This document shows positions 35,659 through 45,580 of a DNA stretch of 47,841 nucleotides, piece by piece. Position 1 is the first letter of the stretch. Each line of letters starts with the position of its first letter. The position numbers and the translations under genes were made by a program. The notes under the pieces were generated by a model. It did no database searches. It had not been told where the DNA came from and saw only the letters and a program-made list of their open reading frames with translations. Origin of the DNA: Octopus bimaculoides (taxonomy: Eukaryota); NCBI RefSeq assembly GCF_001194135.2, contig NC_068987.1, forward strand, positions 25,061,531-25,109,371, written 5' to 3'.

Positions 35659-35830
35659 TCACCTGTAATTATCGGGGTTCTGGGATATGTAACTCACAGC
35701 CTAAGTACCAATCTTAAGAAACTAGGCTTCTCAAAACCAGAAAGGAGAAAGTTGATTCGAAGACTACAAATCCAATCCATCACTGGAACTGTAAAAATCT
35801 GTAAAACTTTCTAGAAGTTTATCATTTAAG
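35659..35830 (+). mobile_element. RLE LINE C-terminal fragment (same family as 11638-12337)
   Basis: PVIIGVLGYVTHSLSTNLKKLGFSKPERRKLIRRLQIQSITGTVKICKTF aligns with PIIIGTLGFVSKCL...GFSEKEINQLIRTLQIQSVSGTAKLFKT. Confidence 0.8.
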
Positions 35831-35883
35831 TATATATGTAAGATTATGGATCTCCTCTTTGTTGCACCGAGCCCAATCAAAGT

Positions 35884-36095
35884 TTGGTGGCGTGCTGGCA
35901 GAATCGTTGTCATGCCGGGCGAAATGCTCAGCGGTATTTCGTCCGTGTTCACGTTCTGTGTTAAAATTCCGCCGAGGTTGACTTTGCTCTCATCCTTTCG
36001 GGGTCGATAAAATAAGCTCTACCTCAGTCCTGGGGACAATGTAATCGGCTAACACTCTCCCCAGAAATTGCTGTCCTTGTGTCAAAATTTGAAAT
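35884..36095 (+). mobile_element. SINE family B, near full length
   Basis: 'ggtggcgtgctggcagaatcgtt...ccgaggttgactttgc...catcctttcggggtcgataaa...ccttgtgtcaaaatttgaaat'. Confidence 0.9.
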
Positions 36096-36757
36096 TGGTT
36101 TAGTTTAGTTTCAAGATATTTCGTAGATGTCCTGGGATGCGTCATTTTCAATGGGTCTTCGGGTCTTTCAACGTCAAACCCACTCACCTAGTTGACCAAG
36201 CTGAGGCTGATCAAATCCTGGCTAGCATCCTAGTCGCAGCCAACCACTGGTCTCCCCTCTTTATACAAAGATACCTAGTGGTTTTCTCTGCAGTTTCAGT
36301 AATGGCTTTTATGGATCTCCTCTTTGCTGCACCAATAATTCTGAGCCCAGTCAAAGCTTTGCANNNNNNNNNNCTGAGCCCAGTCAAAGCTTTGCAGAAT
36401 GAACGCCCTACAAAAGCTTGGCAGCCCACTTCAGTTGCCAAGTAATTTAGTTTGCAACATCTATAATGAATAAATATTTGCATATTTATTCTTAACATCC
36501 ATATCTCCGACAAAATTTATCTCCTCATCCTTCTTCTCGTCGTCCTCTTCCCCTCTCCTCGTCCTTTTCCTATTCTTCTTCCGTCTCCTCCTCCTTTTTC
36601 TTTTCTTTCTTTTGGATGTCGATGGCGCCTCGTTTCTCTCTTAACGGTCCTCAATTTCAGTATTACTATCCTCTCATTCTTCCTCGTCCTCATTTAAAGC
36701 GTTGAATTTTCCAACCATTCTTTTACTTCTCTTTCTAACTTGGTTTGTTGAGATTTA
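36074..36757 (+). repeat. Local segmental duplication, copy 1 (paired with 40443-41005)
   Basis: Colinear by eye (roughly 90% identical outside indels) across the SINE B tail, HERO end and pyrimidine-rich flank. Confidence 0.9.
36098..36440 (-). mobile_element. HERO-like RLE LINE 3' end (copy 1)
   Basis: Minus strand ATEVGCQAFVGRSFCKAL..LRIIGAAKRRSIKAITETAEKTTRYLCIKRGDQW, plus 3' UTR 'gatcagcctcagcttggtcaactaggtgag...gttgaaagacccgaa'. Confidence 0.6.
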
Positions 36758-36904
36758 TATATGCCTACACATGCAACTCTATGCATGAGAGTACATACAT
36801 AAACAAAACATACAAATCTGCACATATACGTACATACATCATAGCTGCACCCTCGTTACACGAGAAAAGCCATTGCCAAAAAGACATTGAAATGATTCAT
36901 TATT

Positions 36905-37025
36905 GATGCCATGTGATGCCCTTATATGACTTTTAAGCGCAGCCAAAGTTTTACACACTTTATTATATACTGCACAGACCGCCAACTGAGAGGCACACTC
37001 TTCCACATTTTACACATGTTTCGTT
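36905..37025 (-). pseudogene. Two fused degenerate C2H2 zinc-finger motifs, probably a LINE (RTE-type) ORF2 C-terminal relic
   Basis: Minus strand TCVKCGRVCLSVGGL, then in another frame VCAVYNKVCKTLAALKSHIRASH. Confidence 0.45.
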
Positions 37026-37094
37026 GTGAATTGCAATAGCCATACATACATACATACATACATACATACATACATACATACATACATACATACA

Positions 37095-37247
37095 TGCAAA
37101 AATACCCTGTTAATGTTGTTGAAATTCTAATGATGGAGCCTTGCATCAAAGTTAGAAAAATTTTCTTTCTCTATTGGCAAGAAATCTTGAAATAAAACTG
37201 AATAATGACATATATAGATACATACATACATACATACATACATACAT
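37095..37247 (+). mobile_element. Probable 3' UTR and (CATA)n tail of the RLE LINE family
   Basis: About 110 bp ending 'aaataaaactgaataatgaca' (AATAAA signal), bounded on both sides by (CATA)n. The link to 35659-35830 is inferred. Confidence 0.4.
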
Positions 37248-37367
37248 AAACCGACTGGAATCTTCCAAATCTAATCGATTTGTAGTCTAGCGACGATTTG
37301 TAAAACATTACAAAGATTCTCAATTTCAGTTCCCTTTGAATGAGCCTATACACAAAATTCCAAATGT

Positions 37368-37463
<96 letters not shown>

Positions 37464-37844
37464 ACATTCACGCACACACAATATTAACCATACACACTTG
37501 AGATAGGTACACTCAATACAAATATGTAAACACATTCATGCATACGTCCGCGGATATTCACATATTAATTCGCATTCAAATATATACCAATCCCTAGAAC
37601 TGTCTTGATGCAAACAAAAACACTTTGTTAGCTAGTTACTGGCTTGGATTATGCCAAGAACTTTAAATAAATCTTAAAGAAAATATATACACGACTACTC
37701 AGTTGATGTTAAGTTCTAATAAAAGAGGCTTGTTTCTGAGGTGATGACAGGCTCTTTATGTCTTAATGTAAAATTTGAAAAACAACAAAAAGAACATGCA
37801 TGCATAAATATATACATAATTACACATATGCACACACACATGCA

Positions 37845-37878
<34 letters not shown>

Positions 37879-37889
37879 CATACATACAT

Positions 37890-38010
37890 TAATTTGTACG
37901 CGGTAGTAGAACTCGCTTACCCAACAGATGTTACCGTAATGTTAAAGATAAAAGAAGACGTCTATGGCAAGCTAATGAGAAATCTTCTGATTTTACTTAA
38001 GATTAATAAC
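37890..38010 (+). mobile_element. RLE LINE endonuclease fragment (same family as 11638-12337)
   Basis: AVVELAYPTDVTVMLKIKEDVYGKLMRNLLIL resembles TVIEV..TDVNISLNIKEKENNCGQLL..LQLL. Confidence 0.6.
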
Positions 38011-38722
38011 TCTAATCATTGGAGCACTTGGTCACGAGACTAATTGCCTCTTTGCCAATCTTAAGAAGCAGAACTTCTTAAAGTTAAAAACGATACGGCT
38101 AATTGAACAATTACAATGACAGTCCGCTTTTTAATGTACAGTGCCTACAGGCGTCGATGATCATAAGACGATAGATCTACACCCCACCAGCCTATCTCAG
38201 ACACAAACACTTTACTGGATCGGTTCTTCGGCTACTGCGGTTGCCACCTAGTGAGAGCATCCAATATTGCTGTTCTGTTTACCTTCAGCTTTTTCCTCCT
38301 TTCAGTTTTTCCGTTGTCATCAAATGCCCTAGGCTTAGTCTCTGAGAGTCAATGAATACTGCCTGTTTTCTCCTTTATATATAATTAAAAGAAGTTTTGT
38401 TTTCTTTCACGTCTGTTGTTCTGCCTGTATAGAATAACTTCAGCAGTTGTCTTAGGAGCAGCATTTATAACCTATTACCAATTGTATCTCTATATCCATT
38501 TGTTTATTTATTATTTATTTATTTAACTATTTATTTTATTTATCTGATGTTTCGAGTCACAAAACTGAAGGGTTCTATGCAAACCCATAACATCACCATC
38601 TTGGGTATCCTTTTTCGAGTCCACTCTTCAGTCAGATCCCTTCTTTCCCACAGCCCAGGGATCTCTGTAAAAGAACAGAAGCGCTGTCTTTTCCCTTCCG
38701 ACGAAATCATTAAAGAAATATT

Positions 38723-38936
38723 GATTTCAAATTTTGATACAAAGTCAGCCATTTCAAAGGTGGGGATCAGTCAATTGCATCGACACTAGTACTCAACAAG
38801 TAGTTATTTGATCGACCACGAAAGGATGAAAGGCAAAATCTACCTCGGCGGAATTTGATCTCAAAACGTAAAGACAGACGAAATGCTGCTAAGCATTTTG
38901 CCGGCGTATTAACGATTCTACTAAATCGCTACCTTA
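38723..38936 (-). mobile_element. SINE family B
   Basis: Reverse complement of 35884-36095 and 39049-39268. Confidence 0.9.
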
Positions 38937-39048
38937 ACCATTGAAGAAATATTAAGATAAACGCGAGGCCAGATTAGTAACAGAAATAATAGTATTCTCT
39001 TTGCTGTAACATACAGGCGTAATGTGTAGATTAATATATAAAGTTAAT

Positions 39049-39268
39049 GTAAGGTGGCGACCCGGCAGAAACTTTAGCACGCCGGGCGAAATGTTTAGCG
39101 GTATTTCATCTGTCTTCACGTTCTGAGTTCAAATTCTACCGAGGTCGACTTTGCCTTTCATCCTTTCACGGTCGATAGATTAAGTACCAGTTACGTACTG
39201 GAGTCGATCTAATCGACTGACATCCTCCCAAAAATGTTGAGCTTTGTGCCTAGAATAGAAAAGAATAT
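39049..39268 (+). mobile_element. SINE family B, full length
   Basis: 'gtaaggtggcgacccggcagaa...ttctgagttcaaattctaccgaggtcgactttgcctttcatcctttc...ttgtgcctagaatagaaaagaat'. Confidence 0.92.
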
Positions 39269-39284
39269 AGAAAGCCAATGTGTG

Positions 39285-39444
39285 TAAATATCTCTCAGTG
39301 AAGGAATCTCGTAATTATCAAACATAAATATCTCTCAGTGAAGGAATCTCGTAATTATCAAACATAAATGTCTCTCAGTGAAGGAATCTCGTAATTATCA
39401 AACATAAATATCTCTCAGTGAAGGAATCTCGTAATTATCAAACA
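39285..39444 (+). repeat. 40-bp minisatellite, at least 4 copies, running into a 998-N gap
   Basis: Unit taaatatctctcagtgaaggaatctcgtaattatcaaaca; one substitution among the 4 units. Confidence 0.95.
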
Positions 39445-40442
39445 NNNNNNNNNNNNNNNNNNNNNNNNNNNNNNNNNNNNNNNNNNNNNNNNNNNNNNNN
39501 NNNNNNNNNNNNNNNNNNNNNNNNNNNNNNNNNNNNNNNNNNNNNNNNNNNNNNNNNNNNNNNNNNNNNNNNNNNNNNNNNNNNNNNNNNNNNNNNNNNN
39601 NNNNNNNNNNNNNNNNNNNNNNNNNNNNNNNNNNNNNNNNNNNNNNNNNNNNNNNNNNNNNNNNNNNNNNNNNNNNNNNNNNNNNNNNNNNNNNNNNNNN
39701 NNNNNNNNNNNNNNNNNNNNNNNNNNNNNNNNNNNNNNNNNNNNNNNNNNNNNNNNNNNNNNNNNNNNNNNNNNNNNNNNNNNNNNNNNNNNNNNNNNNN
39801 NNNNNNNNNNNNNNNNNNNNNNNNNNNNNNNNNNNNNNNNNNNNNNNNNNNNNNNNNNNNNNNNNNNNNNNNNNNNNNNNNNNNNNNNNNNNNNNNNNNN
39901 NNNNNNNNNNNNNNNNNNNNNNNNNNNNNNNNNNNNNNNNNNNNNNNNNNNNNNNNNNNNNNNNNNNNNNNNNNNNNNNNNNNNNNNNNNNNNNNNNNNN
40001 NNNNNNNNNNNNNNNNNNNNNNNNNNNNNNNNNNNNNNNNNNNNNNNNNNNNNNNNNNNNNNNNNNNNNNNNNNNNNNNNNNNNNNNNNNNNNNNNNNNN
40101 NNNNNNNNNNNNNNNNNNNNNNNNNNNNNNNNNNNNNNNNNNNNNNNNNNNNNNNNNNNNNNNNNNNNNNNNNNNNNNNNNNNNNNNNNNNNNNNNNNNN
40201 NNNNNNNNNNNNNNNNNNNNNNNNNNNNNNNNNNNNNNNNNNNNNNNNNNNNNNNNNNNNNNNNNNNNNNNNNNNNNNNNNNNNNNNNNNNNNNNNNNNN
40301 NNNNNNNNNNNNNNNNNNNNNNNNNNNNNNNNNNNNNNNNNNNNNNNNNNNNNNNNNNNNNNNNNNNNNNNNNNNNNNNNNNNNNNNNNNNNNNNNNNNN
40401 NNNNNNNNNNNNNNNNNNNNNNNNNNNNNNNNNNNNNNNNNN

Positions 40443-41005
40443 TCCTTGTGTCAAAATTTGAAATCAATTTAGTTTAGTTTCAAGATATCTCGCAGATCTG
40501 GGATGAGTCATTTTCAGTAGGTCTTCGGGTCTTTCAACGTCAAACCCCTCACTTAGTTGACCAAGCTGAGGCTGAGAGAGTCCTGGCTAGCATCCTAGTC
40601 GCAGCCAACCACTGGTCGCCCCTCTTTATTCAAAGATATCTAGTGGTTTTCTCTGCAGTTTCAGTAAGGGCTTTTATGGATCTCCTCTTTGCTGCACCAA
40701 TAATTCTGAGCCTAGACAAAGCTTTGCAGAATGAACGCCCTACAAAAGCTTGGCAGCCCACTTCAGTTGCCAAGTAATTTAGTTTGAAACATCTATAATG
40801 AATAAATATTTGCATATTTACTCTTAACATCCATATCTCCGACAAAATTTATCTCCTCCTCCTCCTCTTTCTTTTGGATGTCGTTGGCGCTTCTTTTCTG
40901 TCTTAACGGTCCTCAATTTCGGTTTTACTATTTTGTCATTCTTCTTCGTCCTCATTTAAAGCGTTGAATTTTCCAGCCACTCTTTTACCTTTCTTTCTAG
41001 CTTTG
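40443..41005 (+). repeat. Local segmental duplication, copy 2, including HERO-like 3' end (40468-40771, minus strand)
   Basis: ORF 40630-40845 is nearly identical to ORF 36211-36513, and the flanks are colinear. Confidence 0.9.
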
Positions 41006-41619
41006 TTTGTGGTTATTTATTTCTCTTTTTTCATTATCTTTCTATTTCCTACAACATAATTATCTTCCATCATTTCTCTTTCTCTCCTCTTCATCCTTTC
41101 TATTCTCCCGTTGTCACCAAATGCCCAAGGCTTGGTTTTCTTATTCGAAGGCCAACGAACTCAGCATGTCAGGAAGTTTTCTTCGACGTTTGTTACTGTA
41201 TACCAGTCTAGGATACCTTTAGCATTCGTTTTAAGAACAACATATTCATAGCATGGCGACAGAAGTAGCGACAACATTACTAGATAGCGTTTTTAGAATG
41301 CTGTTGTAACAGTGACTTAATGTGCTGCATATGAGTATGGGTATTTTAGCTGTAGAAATTAAAGTATATTGACGTGAATGTCGTGTGACGATAATTCTTT
41401 TAGCTTCATAAACAATGTTTTGTAGGTCGTTACTCTATTGCAGTATTTCAACTATCTATCTTTGTTTGTTTATTTATTTATGAACAGGTTTATTTTCATG
41501 TCTAAGGTATCAGGAATATATATTCTGAGCAGTGGCGTGACACTGACAAGGGAGATAATCCAGATGACAACTTTGTCATTACTGTTATTATTTCTGAAAT
41601 ATTTATTTCTTTGGAGCTG

Positions 41620-42010
41620 TTGTTTCATACCAGACTAGTCTTGATTCGGTTAAATAATGATCAAGGTATTGAAGCTGTGACCGTGTCGCACTTTTTTGAA
41701 GCTAAGATGTATTCAGGCCATTGTGATCGTTGATACACAAGCAAGCCCATCGCTAAGGGGACGCACTGGACAGCACTTTCCCCTCACTATTCAATGGTGC
41801 ACCATTAGATTTACAGTGACACACTTATTTCGAAACTCCACTTTAGCATTATTACAAATTAGTGTCCACCCAGCATATTCTGAAGCACCCCCAGGCACCA
41901 GTGTCTGGCAACGGGTCTGTACACAAGTCTACTTTCTTTTTTTTTTTAAGACAGTAAGAAATGATTTGAATGAGAATGCTGTTTCTACGAGGTCGAGCGA
42001 CCACAGAGGG
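41620..42010 (-). mobile_element. Retroposon family F with about 230 bp of extra internal sequence
   Basis: 'atgatcaaggtattgaagctgtgacc' (about 41658) and 'gctgtttctacgaggtcgagcgacc' (about 41978); the same two motifs are about 75 bp apart at 45415-45575. Confidence 0.45.
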
Positions 42011-42261
42011 GCTCGCATTTTTATGTAAATGTTGCTATTTGATTGTATTTAAGTGATTATATTCGGAACAAGACTCACCTTTTGGAGTTCCTTTCGTGCA
42101 GAGTAGTCTCTTTCGTCGCTCTCTCTTGGTATTTAAAAGTGCTGGAAAAAATATTTCTCTATGATAAACTTATATCATTCAACCCATGATCCGGCAAGTG
42201 TTTTCTTTTTACTTATTTTTCTTTTTTTTTTACATATCTTATTGGGATGTATCTATCTGGC

Positions 42262-42334
42262 GGGGACGTATTTCAGTGGTAGAGCGTTCGCTTTACATGT
42301 GGAAGGACCTCGGCTTTGATCCCCAGCCCCTCCA
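42262..42334 (+). pseudogene. tRNA-Ala-derived pseudogene; anticodon position now reads TAC
   Basis: ggggacgtatttcagtggtagagcgttcgctttacatgtggaagg...gatccccagcccctcca aligns with eukaryotic tRNA-Ala(TGC). G3:U70 is kept; the acceptor stem, D stem and T loop are mutated. Confidence 0.75.
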
Positions 42335-42821
42335 CAACGTTTTATTTTAATGACAGTGCCCTATCATAACTACAGCCCCTGGCTGAAACCAGTTATGAAA
42401 TATATTTAAAATTACATTTACGGTATATTTATTCATTTTAAGATGATAAGACAGGAGCTCAGGGAGGTCTAGCCGCTAAATATAGCATGCAGAGCAATCG
42501 TATGGAGACGAACTGCAACATGAATATTGACGTATTACAAAGAGGTCAGCTACTAGTAACAAACATTTAAAGGTCTGTTGAAGTTTTTCGCCAATCTTCT
42601 GTTAATTACAGCGCCAACAATTTATATGCGCTCTGAAGCATGTGATACTCTCAATGTTGTGGGTAGGGCAAATAGATAGAGCACTGACATCAGTAGTTGT
42701 CTTAGTGCTTATTACAAAATAACTACAAAAGTCAAATATTTTTCTTGTTCGAATTTTATTTCTGTGTCTTGTGAAAACCTCATGATCAGAAGTAATTGTC
42801 ACTTAACACCATATATATTGG

Positions 42822-42990
42822 GTTTCAAAATTTGGCACAAGGCCAGTAATTTCAAGGAAGTGGATAAGTCGATTACATAGACCCCATTACACAACTGGTA
42901 CCTTTTTCACTGACCCCCGAAAGGGGTGCCAGGCAAAGTCATCCTTGACAGAATTTGAACTCAGAAAGTAAAGACTCAGAACGTAAAACC
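42822..42990 (-). mobile_element. SINE family B, lacking its head
   Basis: 'tttcaaaatttggcacaaggccag...gtcgattaca...gacccccgaaagg...gaatttgaactcagaa'. Confidence 0.8.
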
Positions 42991-42992
42991 GC

Positions 42993-43165
42993 AAAGGACC
43001 AGCGTTGTCACACTCTATGTCACGCTGAATCTCCCTGAGAACTACATTGAGAACACATGTTTGTGGAGTGCTCAGCCACTTGCACGTTAATTTCACGAGC
43101 AGGCTGTTCTGTTGATGGGATCAACTGGAACCCACATCGTCGTAACCAAGGGAATGCAATTAACT
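42993..43165 (+). mobile_element. SINE family C, 3' half
   Basis: 'ttgtcacactctatgtcacgctgaat...ggagtgctcagccacttgcacgttaatttcacgagcaggctgttc...gtcgtaacc' matches 44640-44800. Confidence 0.9.
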
Positions 43166-43324
43166 CAGTATGACAGGGCGTACCATTTAAGAACCTCTAG
43201 TGAAGGGTCGAACAGAGGAGCTTTGCATATTTTTTCCTATTTTCCTCTTTGCACAGAAATACCAACTTTCCAATTTGATGCATAAATATTTTGACAACAT
43301 TTTCAACGAGGTGTCATTAAGAAC

Positions 43325-44150
43325 CACGCTTTGCAACCACGTAGATTCGGATTCAATTTCCCTGCGTGACATCTTGAGCAGGTGTCCTCTATTAGATCCC
43401 CGGGTCGACCAGAACTTAGTGATTGGATTTGAGAGAAAGAAGCTGAAAGAAACCCGTTGTGTGTGTGTGTGTGTGTGTGTGTNNNNNNNNNNNNNNNNNN
43501 NNNNNNNNNNNNNNNNNNNNNNNNNNNNNNNNNNNNNNNNNNNNNNNNNNNNNNNNNNNNNNNNNNNNNNNNNNNNNNNNNNNNNNNNNNNNNNNNNNNN
43601 NNNNNNNNNNNNNNNNNNNNNNNNNNNNNNNNNNNNNNNNNNNNNNNNNNNNNNNNNNNNNNNNNNNNNNNNNNNNNNNNNNNNNNNNNNNNNNNNNNNN
43701 NNNNNNNNNNNNNNNNNNNNNNNNNNNNNNNNNNNNNNNNNNNNNNNNNNNNNNNNNNNNNNNNNNNNNNNNNNNNNNNNNNNNNNNNNNNNNNNNNNNN
43801 NNNNNNNNNNNNNNNNNNNNNNNNNNNNNNNNNNNNNNNNNNNNNNNNNNNNNNNNNNNNNNNNNNNNNNNNNNNNNNNNNNNNNNNNNNNNNNNNNNNN
43901 NNNNNNNNNNNNNNNNNNNNNNNNNNNNNNNNNNNNNNNNNNNNNNNNNNNNNNNNNNNNNNNNNNNNNNNNNNNNNNNNNNNNNNNNNNNNNNNNNNNN
44001 NNNNNNNNNNNNNAAAAAAAAAAAAAAAAGAACCTATACAATAAATATAAAACTTTAGAAAAAAACGTACTGGGGTTCCATTAAACTCTTCATGGTGGTG
44101 CCCCCAGCATGGCTGCAGTTAATGAATAAAGCAAGTAAATTTTAAAAGAC
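43325..44150 (+). mobile_element. SINE family A spanning a 531-N gap
   Basis: Diverged head and core at 43325-43460, (TG)n into the gap, tail 'ttcatggtggtgcccccagcatggctgcagt' at about 44088-44150. Confidence 0.65.
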
Positions 44151-44223
44151 TAAAAACGAAAGAATATCAACGGTAACAGATGCAAGTGTAGAACTATAAT
44201 CACTAACTACAAACATTATGTAG

Positions 44224-44308
44224 GAATTGAAATCTCCAACTACTATGGACATCAGTGTTCTCCCTTACTTTGGATAACTGACTCACATCCTCGAGACATA
44301 ATGTTCAG
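44224..44308 (+). CDS. Weak candidate internal exon (85 nt) of an unidentified gene
   Basis: Branch-point CACTAAC (44201-44207), AG acceptor 44222-3, CAG|GTATAG donor; one open frame (G)IEISNYYGHQCSPLLWITDSHPRDIMF(R/S). Product not recognised. Confidence 0.2.
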
Positions 44309-44457
44309 GTATAGTGTCTTCATATCCGGATGGTGGGAAGTTTAATTGGATGCTTCAGCAACAGTCTTTGTGTTGGAAAACCGGGTGTATTTTCCACTTT
44401 GGGTATTTTCGGTAATAAATTCCAAAATGCTTTTTGTGGATAATTAGTCGTAAGTTA

Positions 44458-44806
44458 GTGGAGGCGCAATGGCCCAGTGGTTAGGGCAGAGGACTCGCGG
44501 TCACAGGATTGCAGTTTTGATTCCCATACCGTGAGAAACACCACGAGACTCCGGCAGGAGGTGGTGGCGAACCCTGCTGTACTCTTTCACCACAACTTTC
44601 TCTTACTTCCTGTTTCTGTTGTGCCTGTAATTCAAAGGGTCAGCCTTGTCACACTGTGTCACGCTGAATATCCCCGAGAACTACGTTAAGAGTACACGTG
44701 TCTGTGGAGTGCTCAGCCACTTGCACGTTAATTTCACGAGCTGGCTGTTCCGTTGATCGGAATCAACTGGAATCCTCGACGTCGTAAGCGACGGAGTGCC
44801 AACAAC
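44458..44806 (+). mobile_element. SINE family C, full length, tRNA-derived head, (CAA) tail, 12-bp TSD
   Basis: A box TGGCCCAGTGG (44470-44480), degenerate B box; TSD agtcgtaagtta at 44446-44457 and 44807-44818. Confidence 0.92.
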
Positions 44807-45384
44807 AGTCGTAAGTTAACATTGATTAAGCAGATCAACGATCAAAGAGTTCTAGCGTTGATCTCTTAATTAAACATTGAGATTTTGCATTTAAAACTAT
44901 ATCATGTATCCTTCCATTTTTTTTAACACAATGGGATATAACTGAAAGGAAATTTGGCTGCTGTTTCTAGCAGGTCAATCAACCATGTTGTTATTCACAC
45001 GGGTGCAATTACTTAGGAAGTAATAACTGAACGGCACAATCATGGCATGATATAGAGTTTCTGTGAGATTGTGGAAGTTCTTCTAAGTCTAATAGTTTCA
45101 TATTTCTTCTATTCACGGACCTTCAACGCATGCTCTCTGAAGTTTAAACATCATCTATCCTTATCAAATTAGAGAGGTTTAGATAACTGAATCGTATCAG
45201 TTTCACCAACATTGTACAGTACCCATAGTCCCTATACATCAAATGTTTTATTCGTCAAGCTATTAAGTAGACACTAAATAGAGTTACATGTATTACTACT
45301 GTAAACATCGAGAACATTATCCGTTCGTCAAGCGTTTCAGTGCTTTGAAGTGATTCATTTAAATCCTACCTAAAGTTGACATTA

Positions 45385-45580
45385 ATGTTATTGTTAAGCT
45401 CCATTTATTCTCTAATTGAGCAGACCTATGATCAAACGTATCTCAGCCATAACCAACCCGTCTTTTTAGGGGCATTTAGGACTATATTACTAACGAGACT
45501 TTTAACGTGCTTAAGATGGAAGGGTGTCATTTAATAGAGATTTGGGTGCCATTTCTAGCACGTTGAGTGTCCATGCGACC
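45385..45580 (-). mobile_element. Retroposon family F
   Basis: 'gagcagacctatgatcaaa...' and 'gagatttgggtgccatttctagcacgttgag'; a further motif copy at about 44945-44985. Confidence 0.5.

Noticed and set aside
36339-36396. 23-bp direct repeat ctgagcccagtcaaagctttgca flanking 10 N
   Set aside because: An unmerged contig overlap; the paralogue at about 40705-40727 has a single copy.
38547-38789. ORFs 38547-38789 and 38540-38752; faint RTE-like 'GLEK/RIPK' words
   Set aside because: No coherent domain; partly overlaps a SINE tail.
39285-39444. CRISPR-like regular repeats (also 11884-11987 and 31508-31587)
   Set aside because: Units are contiguous with no unique spacers, there are no cas genes, and the context is eukaryotic.
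44458-44535. SINE heads as tRNA genes (also 12422, 17237, 21881)
   Set aside because: They have A/B-box remnants but no complete cloverleaf, and each continues into a multi-copy SINE body.
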